In this document: in pieces, positions 29,045-38,168 of the stretch
Layout: the number at the start of each line of letters is the position of its first letter
Position numbering within the stretch: position 1 is the first letter of the stretch
Assembly: GCA_964577155.1 (NCBI GenBank)
Contig: CAZNYB010000005.1
Location: 1,429-65,428 of the forward strand
Reading direction: 5' to 3'
DNA from: an uncultured Thermomicrobiales bacterium
Lineage (GTDB): Bacteria; Chloroflexota; Chloroflexia; Thermomicrobiales; CFX8
Length of the DNA stretch: 64,000 nucleotides
Program-made: the position numbers and the translations under genes
The notes under the pieces: generated by a model
What the model saw: the letters and a program-made list of their open reading frames with translations, nothing else
Told to the model about the DNA's origin: nothing
The model's database searches: none

Positions 29045-29587
29045 ATGACACACGCAGCCGATGCAACGGAAACGACCAACCAACTCTGTCACGTTCGGCA
29101 AGTCCGGCAATACACCTCCGAACCGATTGACAACGAGACGCTCGACAACCTGATCCAGATTGCGCGCTGGACTGGAAGTTCAAGGAACACACAGCCATGG
29201 CATTTTGTTGTAGTTAATGATCGGGAGCAGTTGGAGAAGATTAGTCAGCTCAGAACGCCGATCAACTGGGTTGCCAGCGCGCCGGTCGCCATCGCCATCG
29301 TCCTGGATGGCCACAGCGACATCAGCGAAGCGTATGACGAAGGAAGGGTCACAGAACGGCTACTGATTGGCGCTCACATGCTGGGACTGGGCGGCGGCAC
29401 TGCCTGGTTCGGAAATGCCGACCAGGAAGCTGAGGCAGCGCGGATCCTGAACATACCGGAAGGACGGACTGCTCGATCTGTTGTTGTGCTGGGACACCCG
29501 ATTACGTCGAAAGATCCACGACCGAATCCAGCCCAGGGAGGCCGGAGGCCACTCTCGGAACTGGTCAGCCACAACCGGATGGGATAG
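29045..29587 (+). CDS. Nitroreductase family protein
   Basis: ARWTGSSRNTQPWHFVVV FMN-binding motif, ~180 aa. Confidence 0.85.
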   Translation: MTHAADATETTNQLCHVRQVRQYTSEPIDNETLDNLIQIARWTGSSRNTQPWHFVVVNDREQLEKISQLRTPINWVASAPVAIAIVLDGHSDISEAYDEGRVTERLLIGAHMLGLGGGTAWFGNADQEAEAARILNIPEGRTARSVVVLGHPITSKDPRPNPAQGGRRPLSELVSHNRMG

Positions 29588-29695
29588 TTGACGGATACTG
29601 TCTTCACGATGTTCGCAATATCCTCGCAACATTCTCCCGGCATACTTTCCGTAGAATTTTGTCATCCATTGATTCACACGTGAGGAGAAACACCG

Positions 29696-30760
29696 TTGAT
29701 ATTTGGACTAGGAAGTAAAAAATCAGCAGTAGTAACGGCGGAGGAGGCGCTTCCCGGACGGGATACGTCTGCGTTTGAGATTCAAGAGGAACACGCTGTG
29801 CTGGGCACCTCGATGGTGCCGCCGTACCCGTCTAACCTGGAAGTTGCCATTTTTGCTCTCGGCTGTTTCTGGGGTCCGGAACGGACCTTCTGGGGCATCG
29901 ATGGCGTCTACACAACAGCCGCGTTGTACGCTGGTGGGTTCACGAAACACCCGACCTACAAAGAAGTATGTACCGGGAACACCGGTCACGCGGAGGCGGT
30001 GCTCGTTGTCTACGACCCCGAAATCGTCACCTACCGGGATCTGCTGAAGACCTACTGGGAATCGCACGATCCAACCCAGGTTATGCGACAGGGCAACGAC
30101 ATCGGCAGCCAGTACCGGTCAGCGATTTTCTATACGACAGATTCACAGCGTCGTGACGCAGAAGAGACCCGCGCAATCTACCAGACCGCGTTGGCCAGCA
30201 AGGGTTATGGTTCGATAGTAACCGAAATTCTTCCCGCAGACAGCTACTATTTCGCGGAACCGCAGCATCAGCAGTACCTGCACAAGGTGCCTGATGGATA
30301 CTGCGGCTCTGGTGGAACCGGCGTTAGCTGCGCGATTGGGCTTGGCGTAACAGCGGACGAAGGACTCGACAGCATCCCGACGACGGACGAGGAGTGGCGG
30401 CAGCGGCTCACGCCAGAGCAGTACCATGTGTTGCGACAGGCTGGGACCGAGCCACCGTTTGCCGGTGAATACGTCGACACTGAAGAAGATGGTATCTATC
30501 GTTGTGCCGGGTGCGGTAATCCGCTCTTCGACAGCAGCAAGAAGTACCACTCCGGAAGCGGCTGGCCCAGCTTCACCGAAATAGTTTCACCAGACGCCGT
30601 CGAAGTGGTCGAAGACCGCTCCTACGGAATGGTCCGTACTGAAGTGCGTTGTTCACGCTGCCACTCCCACCTCGGTCATGTCTTCAATGATGGCCCGCGT
30701 GAAGCAGGTGGTGAACGCTGGTGTATGAATAGCCTGTCACTTGATCTTGACGAACGCTAG
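29696..30760 (+). CDS. msrAB: Bifunctional methionine sulfoxide reductase MsrA/MsrB
   Basis: GCFWGPE (MsrA active site) in the N-terminal half. CAGCGNPLF...GWPSF...RCHSHLGHVF (MsrB zinc and catalytic Cys) in the C-terminal half. TTG start with GAGGAG Shine-Dalgarno. Confidence 0.9.
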   Translation: MIFGLGSKKSAVVTAEEALPGRDTSAFEIQEEHAVLGTSMVPPYPSNLEVAIFALGCFWGPERTFWGIDGVYTTAALYAGGFTKHPTYKEVCTGNTGHAEAVLVVYDPEIVTYRDLLKTYWESHDPTQVMRQGNDIGSQYRSAIFYTTDSQRRDAEETRAIYQTALASKGYGSIVTEILPADSYYFAEPQHQQYLHKVPDGYCGSGGTGVSCAIGLGVTADEGLDSIPTTDEEWRQRLTPEQYHVLRQAGTEPPFAGEYVDTEEDGIYRCAGCGNPLFDSSKKYHSGSGWPSFTEIVSPDAVEVVEDRSYGMVRTEVRCSRCHSHLGHVFNDGPREAGGERWCMNSLSLDLDER

Positions 30761-31611
30761 CGACACGCGCGCAGACTCGCGAAATGAACCGCTCCACAAT
30801 GGACGCAGGTATTCAGGACGTGCGACGATCCGCGCGGCAACGGGACGATCATCGGGCAGTCACGGACCGGATGCGGCGTCACGGCGATCGGGTGGTCGAA
30901 GACGTCGCTTAGGCGAGCCGGGGTGAGCGCTTCCCACGGTGGACCACAGGAGTCGACCCGGCCATTCTTTAGAATGAGGACTCGGTCGGCATAGGCTGCC
31001 GCCAGGTTGAGGTCATGAAGGATAGCGAGAATCGCGACGCCCTGGGAGGCTAACTCACGGGCAATCTCCAACACCAGTTCCTGGTGACGAATGTCCAGTG
31101 CCGCGGTCGGTTCATCGAGCAACAGACAACCAGCCTCCTGAGCCAGGATGCGGGCCAGCATCGTCCGTGCCTGCTCACCGCCGGAGAGAGTTGGATAGGT
31201 GCGCTCCGCCAGGACGCGCACCTCTGTCTGGCGCATCGCTCGTTCGGCGATGTCGCGATCCTGAGCTGCCGAGCTCTGCCGCCGGTGTGGATGCCGGCCC
31301 ATCATGACGACATCCTCGACGGTGAACGCAAAGCGTAGCAGGGATTGTTGCGGGAGTACCGCTCTTCCAAGCGCCAGTTTATCGGCTTTGATGCTGTCAA
31401 TTGGCTGGCCACCGAGAAGCACCTGGCCACTATCTGGCCGTAGATCGCCTGACAACACCTGGAGCAGGGTTGACTTTCCTGCGCCGTTAGGTCCGATCAC
31501 CGCCAGGATCTCGCCGGGGTAAACGCAGGCCGAAACCTCGGAGAGAAGTTTTCTGTCTCCTACTTCGACGGTGATGGAGTCCGCTTCGAGTACCGGTGTT
31601 TGGTCGGTCAA
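30757..31611 (-). CDS. hmuV: Heme/hemin ABC transporter ATP-binding protein
   Basis: Walker A GPNGAGKST, LSGGE signature, Walker B LLLDEP, RAVLPQ block typical of HmuV. ORF open to 31749 (overlapping hmuU); TTG 31611, 8 nt after the hmuU stop, is the likely start. Confidence 0.75.
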   Translation of the reverse strand: MTDQTPVLEADSITVEVGDRKLLSEVSACVYPGEILAVIGPNGAGKSTLLQVLSGDLRPDSGQVLLGGQPIDSIKADKLALGRAVLPQQSLLRFAFTVEDVVMMGRHPHRRQSSAAQDRDIAERAMRQTEVRVLAERTYPTLSGGEQARTMLARILAQEAGCLLLDEPTAALDIRHQELVLEIARELASQGVAILAILHDLNLAAAYADRVLILKNGRVDSCGPPWEALTPARLSDVFDHPIAVTPHPVRDCPMIVPLPRGSSHVLNTCVHCGAVHFASLRACR

Positions 31612-31618
31612 CTTAGGG

Positions 31619-32707
31619 CTACCATCCAGTTTGCTGCTTCTTTGAGCGGTAGAGCAGCCACATAAAGAACGGACCGCCAATGAGCGCGGTGACGACTCCA
31701 AGTGGCAACTCCCCCGGCACAACGAGGGTGCGAGCCGCCAGATCAGCAAAGAGGACTAACACAGCACCACCGAGCGCGCTGGCTGGTAGCAACAGGCGGT
31801 GGTCGGGACCAGCGATAATGCGTATAAGATGCGGCACGACCAGACCGACAAAGCCAATGATCCCGGCGACCGCGACAGCAGCGCCGGTCATCAATGCCGC
31901 CAGACCAATTATCACTGCTCTCACGAGTTCCGTATTTATCCCCAGGTGCCGCGCCTCAGCGTCACCCAGCACCATCAGATTCAGGTGACGACCCCAGCGC
32001 GGGACGAATAACAAGCCAAGCAGGATGAACGGCAGCACCGCCGTCACCGCCTCCCAGGTCGCGCCGCCAAGGCTGCCGAGGGACCAGAAGACAATGTCAC
32101 GCAACTGCTGATCATCGGCACGGTAGGTCAGGTAGCCGGTAGCCGCACCGGCAATGGCGCTGACTGCGATGCCCATGAGAATGAGTGTTTCGACATGTGC
32201 ACGACCTTCGGAACGTGAGACGGCATAGACAGCTAGCGTTGCGACGAGCGCTCCCGCGAAGGCGGCAATCGGTAGTGAAGCCCGTCCGAGTAGAGAAAAT
32301 CCCAGCACGATAGCTGCAACCGCTCCGAAAGATGCGCCGCTAGATACCCCGATCAGCGCTGGCTCCGCCAGCGGATTGCGAAACACCCCTTGTAGGACCG
32401 CACCGGCCGTCGCCAGGCCTGCGCCGATCAACACCGCCAGGATCACTCGCGGCATCCGGATTGACCAGAAGACCGCCCACTGCTGACTGGTGTACTCAAT
32501 CCCGATATGGATACCGATCCGGTCCAGTGTCATCGCGACCACCTGATCAGGTGAGATGCTGACCGCTCCGTAACCAACATTGACCAGCAGCGCAACGATG
32601 AGCAGCAAGAGTAAAACCGGGATCACCATAGCAGCGCGGAACGACCGCCTGACGGACCAGCGAGCACGCCAACTCGCGGTCAGTTTTTGGGCCATCGCGA
32701 TTGTCAT
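31619..32707 (-). CDS. hmuU: FecCD-family ABC transporter permease (heme/iron-complex)
   Basis: ~10 TM helices and C-terminal GELPLGVVTALIGGPFF motif typical of the FecCD/BtuC family. Confidence 0.85.
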   Translation of the reverse strand: MTIAMAQKLTASWRARWSVRRSFRAAMVIPVLLLLLIVALLVNVGYGAVSISPDQVVAMTLDRIGIHIGIEYTSQQWAVFWSIRMPRVILAVLIGAGLATAGAVLQGVFRNPLAEPALIGVSSGASFGAVAAIVLGFSLLGRASLPIAAFAGALVATLAVYAVSRSEGRAHVETLILMGIAVSAIAGAATGYLTYRADDQQLRDIVFWSLGSLGGATWEAVTAVLPFILLGLLFVPRWGRHLNLMVLGDAEARHLGINTELVRAVIIGLAALMTGAAVAVAGIIGFVGLVVPHLIRIIAGPDHRLLLPASALGGAVLVLFADLAARTLVVPGELPLGVVTALIGGPFFMWLLYRSKKQQTGW

Positions 32708-32708
32708 C

Positions 32709-33827
32709 CTATTGATCTAACTCCGGATGGAGGACTTGCACCAGTTCGAGCAAGGCTTGACCGGTACGCGGGCCTAACCCCAGAAAATAGAGTGCGTCGT
32801 AGTCGTAGATCGCCTGATTTTCACCGCCAGGCGTCTGGGCAATACCGGGGATTTTCAACAATCCTTCGATTCCACCGATCGACTCCAGGCCGGTCGTTTG
32901 GATGATATAGACATCTGGAGCAGCCTCGACCAACGCTTCGGCGGTGATCGGCTGGTAGTCCTCGAATCCTAACTCCGCACCAGTGTTGATTCCACCAGCA
33001 GCCTCGATCATGACATGCGCCTCGGAGGCGGACCCGGCGATCAGCTGGGTGTTGGCTCCGCGCACATAGAGATAGGCAACCCGGGGCTGGCTGTCCGCTT
33101 GTTCCGCAAGTGCTACGGCTTCGTCAATCTCCTGCTGCGTTTGAGCAGCCAGAGCCTGACCAGCTTCGGATACGCCGAGTGCATCCGCAACAGCCTGGAT
33201 CTTGTCTGGAACGCCTTCTATCGTCGTCACACTGGGAAGAATGACGACCGGAACACCGGCGTCGCGAATCTGCTGGAGCACCTCTGGCGGACCGGCTGAA
33301 TCATTACCTATAAGGACCGTCGGTTCGACCGCCAGGATGCCCTCCGCTGCCAACTGGCGCTGGTATCCGATCTTCGGTGTATCGACTGCCTCGGGCGGAT
33401 AGCTAGCTGAAGTATCGGTGGCGACGACATTGTCGCCGAGACCAAGCGCGTAGATGATCTCGGCAAAGTCGCCGTTGAGCGGGACGATTCGACTTACGTC
33501 GCTCACCGTCACTTCGTTGCCTTCGAAATCCACGATCGTGACCGGCAAAACTGGTATTGGCGCGGTATTCGCCAACGTTGGCGTTTCAGCAGGTTGTACC
33601 TCCTCGGTAGGACTAGCTGTAGGTTCGGTCTCCTCGGCAGTCGGTGTTCCCGTCGCCGTTGGTTCGACAGTTTCAGTCACAGTTGCCGTCTGAGTGGCTG
33701 TCGGTTGCTGGGCGCTAGATGAGATCGGCGTTTCAGTTGGCTCTACCGCCTCCGAACCGCCGCAAGCGACCAGGATCAACAGGGAAGCCAGCCCCACCAT
33801 AGTGAAGCTGACGATCTGCTTCATCAT
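32709..33827 (-). CDS. hmuT: Heme/iron-complex ABC transporter substrate-binding lipoprotein
   Basis: Lipobox LILVACGG, Thr/Glu/Pro-rich linker, then RIVPLNGDFAEIIYALGLGDNVVATDTSASYP (class III SBP, HmuT/ChuT-like). Confidence 0.75.
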   Translation of the reverse strand: MMKQIVSFTMVGLASLLILVACGGSEAVEPTETPISSSAQQPTATQTATVTETVEPTATGTPTAEETEPTASPTEEVQPAETPTLANTAPIPVLPVTIVDFEGNEVTVSDVSRIVPLNGDFAEIIYALGLGDNVVATDTSASYPPEAVDTPKIGYQRQLAAEGILAVEPTVLIGNDSAGPPEVLQQIRDAGVPVVILPSVTTIEGVPDKIQAVADALGVSEAGQALAAQTQQEIDEAVALAEQADSQPRVAYLYVRGANTQLIAGSASEAHVMIEAAGGINTGAELGFEDYQPITAEALVEAAPDVYIIQTTGLESIGGIEGLLKIPGIAQTPGGENQAIYDYDALYFLGLGPRTGQALLELVQVLHPELDQ

Positions 33828-34007
33828 CTCGTTATCCCTCTCTGGAACGGGGCCGCTCTGGCCGGCAGAGTTGCTATACTCTGTGACAGACAGAGCGACA
33901 CCGTCGCCTCAATCTAGAGGCTGAACGCTCCTTCGCCGTTACCGCGACGAATGGAGCCAGGTTGTTGCCGCGTCAGTGATAGACGGGCTGGCTTCTACTC
34001 CAGCCCG

Positions 34008-34736
34008 TTACTGTGTCGAGCTTTGCTCACGATCTCGATATTCAAGTTGCCCGCTTTCTTTCATCTCACCGCTTTCCAGTAATGCATGCCTGCTGAGGCG
34101 GAGTTGCCGGACGGTCACGCCTTCGTCATCCGCCGAGATGATGCGCCGTGAAACCGGTAGGTACACACCCTCGACATCCTCATAGGTGTCTTTGTAGACA
34201 TCAGCCCGGCTAAAGCGTCCATCATCGGTGTTCCAGTAGAGCACCGTGAAGTCGGAAGGCAACGTCCGTCCATCCGACGCCGCCACCCGGTTCTGGATCT
34301 GGATCGAAAATCCCATCTGGCCCATCGCTCGATTGACCTGCGAAATCTCGCCCTGCTGGACCCGGTAGCTGGAGTCGAATCTATCGCCATGAACCTGTAT
34401 GACCCGACCGGATGGGTCGCCATCTTCTGCTGACAGCGTCAGCGTGTTTCCACCATCAGCCCGCTCGTATGGCAAGTTCCAACGATGCCCTGCGATCGAA
34501 CCTAGCTCTTGACGGAGCCACTTCTGATCATCTTCCGGGACATCCAGATCGAGATTGATTGACCGCGGTGACGTTACGCAGACCGTACCTGTGGCTACGA
34601 ATCCGTCACAGTTGAACTCGAGATCGGCCTCAAAACCTCCAAAACCTTCTGGAAACCGGTAGGCTGCATTATGTGCCTGGCCCAGCAAATCGTGTGCCGC
34701 CGGATCGTCACTAACCGACTCTACAATGGTCGGCAT
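34008..34736 (-). CDS. Uncharacterised protein, DUF3386-like
   Basis: Coherent 242-aa ORF immediately upstream of and co-directional with hmuT. The pattern AHNAAYRFPEGFGGFEADL ... GEISQVNRAMGQMGFSIQ ... YKDTYEDVEGVYLP resembles my recollection of DUF3386; no catalytic motif recognised. Confidence 0.45.
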   Translation of the reverse strand: MPTIVESVSDDPAAHDLLGQAHNAAYRFPEGFGGFEADLEFNCDGFVATGTVCVTSPRSINLDLDVPEDDQKWLRQELGSIAGHRWNLPYERADGGNTLTLSAEDGDPSGRVIQVHGDRFDSSYRVQQGEISQVNRAMGQMGFSIQIQNRVAASDGRTLPSDFTVLYWNTDDGRFSRADVYKDTYEDVEGVYLPVSRRIISADDEGVTVRQLRLSRHALLESGEMKESGQLEYRDREQSSTQ

Positions 34737-34773
34737 GTTCTTCCTCCTTCACACATGGTTCATCACCACCTGA

Positions 34774-34800
34774 TAATTCCGACTAGATAAGTCGGAATTA
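34774..34800. promoter_or_regulatory. Perfect 11-bp inverted repeat TAATTCCGACT-AGATA-AGTCGGAATTA (candidate operator)
   Basis: Read directly. Lies in the 219-bp divergent intergenic region, 38 nt from the DUF3386-like ATG (34736) and 156 nt from the first M55 gene start (34956). Confidence 0.45.
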
Positions 34801-34955
34801 GGATATGGAACGATGGCATCTCTTGTCAAGGTCTATCTGAATTCTCTACACCATCTCCCCGATAGCAGTCAGTCATTCTCAATATGCACCGGTAACAACT
34901 TGGAAACTGAGGTTAGAATAGTTCGACTTGAGAACGATTCAGGGAGGGATAACTC

Positions 34956-35813
34956 TTGAAAATACTCATCTCCGCCGACATGGAAGGCACCAGCGGCGTC
35001 GTCAACTGGGTGCAGGTGATACCGCCGGAAATCGCCGGCCCAGGCCAGCCTTCGTCGACCGTCGAATATGAGCGAGCCAGATTGCGAATGACCCGGGAAG
35101 TGAATGCCGCTGCTGAAGGCGCATTCGCTGGCGGGGCTGACGAAGTGATCGTCAATGACTCTCATGACGGTATGCGAAATCTATTACCCGATGAACTGCA
35201 TCCGAAACTACGATTTGTCACCGGTTTTGACAAAGAACTGTTGATGATGCAGGGGGTGGATGAAGACGGAATAAGCGCCGTCTTCTTTACCGGTTACCAT
35301 GCCCGGGCAGGAACGCCGGATGGCCCGCTGGCCCATACATTCACCGGATTCGTCCATGATGTCCGGGTCGATGGCGTTTCGATGGGTGAATACGGTGTCA
35401 ATGCCATTGTCGGCGGTCACTTTGGTGTGCCGGTCGCCATGGTGACAGGTGACAACCGGGCTATCGAACAGACACGTGATCTGCTCGGCGATCAGGTTGT
35501 TGGCATAGCCGTAAAAAGAGGCTATTCCACGACCGCCGCGATCAACTATCACCCGGATAAGGCTGAAAAGCTGATACGAGACGGCGCGGAAGAGGCTGTG
35601 CGAAATTTGAGTCAGATGCAGCCTTATCGTATGGAAGCTGGCGCGACGGTGGAGATCGACCTGGACCACCAGTCACGGGTCGACAAAGTTGTCAAGATTC
35701 CCGGCATCACCAGACTGGGTTGGCGATCATTCGCCTTCAATCCGGCTGATGCGGTCGAACTATCCCGCTATCTTCATGCCGCCATCACCGCCGCGGCTGC
35801 GCCAGCTCTGTAA
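34956..35813 (+). CDS. M55 family D-aminopeptidase (DppA-like), paralogue 1 of 3
   Basis: MKILISADMEGTSGV start (Asp/Glu metal ligands), NDSHDGMRN and FTGYHARAGT His motifs. TTG start with AGGGAGGG Shine-Dalgarno. Confidence 0.85.
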   Translation: MKILISADMEGTSGVVNWVQVIPPEIAGPGQPSSTVEYERARLRMTREVNAAAEGAFAGGADEVIVNDSHDGMRNLLPDELHPKLRFVTGFDKELLMMQGVDEDGISAVFFTGYHARAGTPDGPLAHTFTGFVHDVRVDGVSMGEYGVNAIVGGHFGVPVAMVTGDNRAIEQTRDLLGDQVVGIAVKRGYSTTAAINYHPDKAEKLIRDGAEEAVRNLSQMQPYRMEAGATVEIDLDHQSRVDKVVKIPGITRLGWRSFAFNPADAVELSRYLHAAITAAAAPAL

Positions 35814-35849
35814 TCGAAGCCAGCAAGGAATGAGTAGACAGGACATCGA

Positions 35850-36701
35850 ATGAAAGTGCTGATATCAGCCGATATGGAAGGCACCTGTGGGGTCTCCTCC
35901 TGGGTGCACGTTGGCGCACCTGAAACCGCCGGTCCAGGCCGGGCATCTTCAGTGGCCGAGTACGAGCGAGCCAGATCTCGCATGACCCGGGAAGTGAATG
36001 CGGCGGTCGAAGGCGCGCTGGCAGCCGGAGCGGAAGAGGTTATCGTCAATGATGCACACGGCGGCATGAGAAATCTGGTGCCGGAAGAGCTGCATCCAAG
36101 TGTCCGGTATACCACGGGGAATGATAAACCACTGGTCATGATGCAAGGTATCGATGAGCCTGGCGTCGAGGCAGTGTTCTATACGGGCTACCATGCGCGT
36201 GCGGGAACTCCTGGAGGACCACTGGCCCACACCTGGTCACTCTGGCTCAACGACATCCGGATCAACGGAGTCTCCGTTGGCGAGTACGGCTTGAACGCCG
36301 TCGTCGCTGGCTACTACGACGTGCCGGTAACTATGGTCTCCGGCGACAATCTCGCCGTCGCGCAGACCCGGGAATTGCTCGGCGAGCAGGTCGTCGGCGT
36401 CACCGTCAAGGATGGGTATTCGGAGACGTCAGCGATACACGTCCACCCCGATGAAGCCCTGGAGATGATCCGTGCTGGCGCGGAAGAAGCGATCAGCAAC
36501 CTCGACCGAATGAGGGTCTACCGGCTACCGGAGAATGCAACCATCGAAATCGACACGGACCACCAGAACCGCGTTAGTTACGCTTGCCAGATACCGGGAG
36601 TCGAGCGAGTTGGTTGGCGGACTCTCAGCTATCAACCGAGCGACGCACTCGAATTTCATGAGATGTTCCGTGCGATAACTCGCGCGGCAAGCAGCCTGTA
36701 A
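35850..36701 (+). CDS. M55 family D-aminopeptidase (DppA-like), paralogue 2 of 3
   Basis: MKVLISADMEGTCGV, NDAHGGMRN, YTGYHARAGT. Confidence 0.85.
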   Translation: MKVLISADMEGTCGVSSWVHVGAPETAGPGRASSVAEYERARSRMTREVNAAVEGALAAGAEEVIVNDAHGGMRNLVPEELHPSVRYTTGNDKPLVMMQGIDEPGVEAVFYTGYHARAGTPGGPLAHTWSLWLNDIRINGVSVGEYGLNAVVAGYYDVPVTMVSGDNLAVAQTRELLGEQVVGVTVKDGYSETSAIHVHPDEALEMIRAGAEEAISNLDRMRVYRLPENATIEIDTDHQNRVSYACQIPGVERVGWRTLSYQPSDALEFHEMFRAITRAASSL

Positions 36702-36703
36702 CC

Positions 36704-37552
36704 ATGCGGGTACTTATATCGGCCGACATGGAAGGCACTTGCGGGGTCAGCAGCTGGGTTCAGGTGACGACGCCGGAGCTGGGCCGGAACGTCTCTCAGG
36801 TGGAGTACGACCGTGCCCGTCTACGAATGACCTGGGAAGTGAACGCGGCTGTCGAAGGAGCTTACGAAGCGGGAGCTGAAAGTGTCATCGTCACCGACGC
36901 ACACGGCAGTAAGCGCAATCTGTTGCCAGATGAGCTGGACAGGCGGGTGCGCTTTGTCAGCGGATCAGAGAACGATCTTGGCATGATGCAGGCGATCAAC
37001 GAACCAGACATCGGTGCGGTGTTTTTCACCGGCTACCACGCCCGGGCAGGAACGCCTGGCGGGCCGCTGGCGCACACTTCAACCGGTTGGATACAGGACG
37101 TGCGTGTCGATGGCATCTCGATGGGCGAATACGGCATGAATGCGCTTATCGCCGGTCACTTCGGCATCCCGGTTGCCCTGGTTACCGGTGACAACCTTGC
37201 TGTCGCGCAAACCAGAGAACTGCTTGGCAATCAGGTCGTCGGGGTCACTACCAAAGATGGGCATTCAACAACATCTGCTACCCACGTACACCCAGAGGAA
37301 GCCCGGAATCGAATCCGCGCTGGCGCGGTGGAAGCAATGCAAAACCTGAGCAGTATGAAGGTGTATGCCCTGACCGAAAACGTGACGATTGAGATCGATC
37401 TCGATCACCAGTCGCGCGTCGATCAGGTTTGCCGTTTGCCGGGAACCAATCGCATTGGCTGGCGCACATTTTCCGTTGAGCCGGAAAATGCCTTCGAATT
37501 TGGCAAATTCTGGCGAGCGATTTTAACCGCTGGCGGGAACCCGCTCAGCTAA
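36704..37552 (+). CDS. M55 family D-aminopeptidase (DppA-like), paralogue 3 of 3
   Basis: MRVLISADMEGTCGV, TDAHGSKRN, FTGYHARAGT. ATG lies 2 nt after the paralogue 2 stop. Confidence 0.85.
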   Translation: MRVLISADMEGTCGVSSWVQVTTPELGRNVSQVEYDRARLRMTWEVNAAVEGAYEAGAESVIVTDAHGSKRNLLPDELDRRVRFVSGSENDLGMMQAINEPDIGAVFFTGYHARAGTPGGPLAHTSTGWIQDVRVDGISMGEYGMNALIAGHFGIPVALVTGDNLAVAQTRELLGNQVVGVTTKDGHSTTSATHVHPEEARNRIRAGAVEAMQNLSSMKVYALTENVTIEIDLDHQSRVDQVCRLPGTNRIGWRTFSVEPENAFEFGKFWRAILTAGGNPLS

Positions 37553-37603
37553 AACCTGTCTGAGCGTCAGTGAAATTGCAGAAAATGCTGCGGTTGATCC
37601 GTG

Positions 37604-37819
37604 CTACGTCGTCGACACCAGAAAGCCGCTATTGATCATCCGCTTTGCCTCAGCCAGAGTAGCCGCCGAACCCCGAAAGATCAGCGCGCCGCCTGACGTT
37701 CGCTCCCAGATCGCATAACCCGGGTTGCGGCCTCCTGCATGTCCCTCCCGAGGGAGAATCCGATAGACCTGACCGTCCAACCCTTTGATCCGAAGCGTTT
37801 CCATGCCTGTCCTTACCAT
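37604..37819 (-). CDS. Small hypothetical protein (66-71 aa)
   Basis: Only coherent ORF in a ~650-bp gap; internal METLRIKGLDGQVYRIL start possible. No recognisable motif, so coding status is uncertain. Confidence 0.3.
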   Translation of the reverse strand: MVRTGMETLRIKGLDGQVYRILPREGHAGGRNPGYAIWERTSGGALIFRGSAATLAEAKRMINSGFLVSTT

Positions 37820-38168
37820 GTGTCGAGCACCGACCGTTCCGACCCTGGATTGATGTTGGACGTAAATATCTGTCGTCAGCCATCAGGTGACGTCCTCAAC
37901 GGTCCAGAATACGTTCCAGGTGGAGAATGACTACCGGCGCTCGATGAATTTAGTTGTTTCTTCGCTCATGCCAGGCACAACCTGAGACTCTCCCAGATAT
38001 CCCTGTCTGAGACACTCACTGAAGAGTAAAGTATACCATTCATACATTATGTCATATCGAAGGCGCTACTACTGTCGCACTCACAGCATGTCGTCGAGCC
38101 GTAGAACTACCAGCGACCTCCAGGATCGCTGGATTGAAAGCTGCCAGTAACCCAGTCAGATACAACCG

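Noticed and set aside
31612-31749. 46-codon N-terminal extension of the hmuV ORF overlapping hmuU
   Set aside because: It would overlap the permease gene by 130 nt and is Cys/Ser/Arg-rich. TTG 31611, just after the permease stop and ~12 residues before the first beta-strand of the ATPase, is more plausible.
33828-33982. Cobalamin riboswitch or Fur/IdeR box upstream of the ABC importer (a BtuFCD alternative)
   Set aside because: I could find no B12-box-like sequence (AGYCMGGNGACCKGCC type), no GGGAA/GGTG core, no 19-bp Fur box and no IdeR-type TTAGG..CCTAA dyad. The RAVLPQ block of the ATPase and the SBP N-terminal motif fit heme importers better.
37900-38160. Possible tRNA or small RNA gene in the non-coding gap
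   Set aside because: No cloverleaf-compatible arms and no GTTCRANNC T-loop box. Nothing beyond short palindromes.
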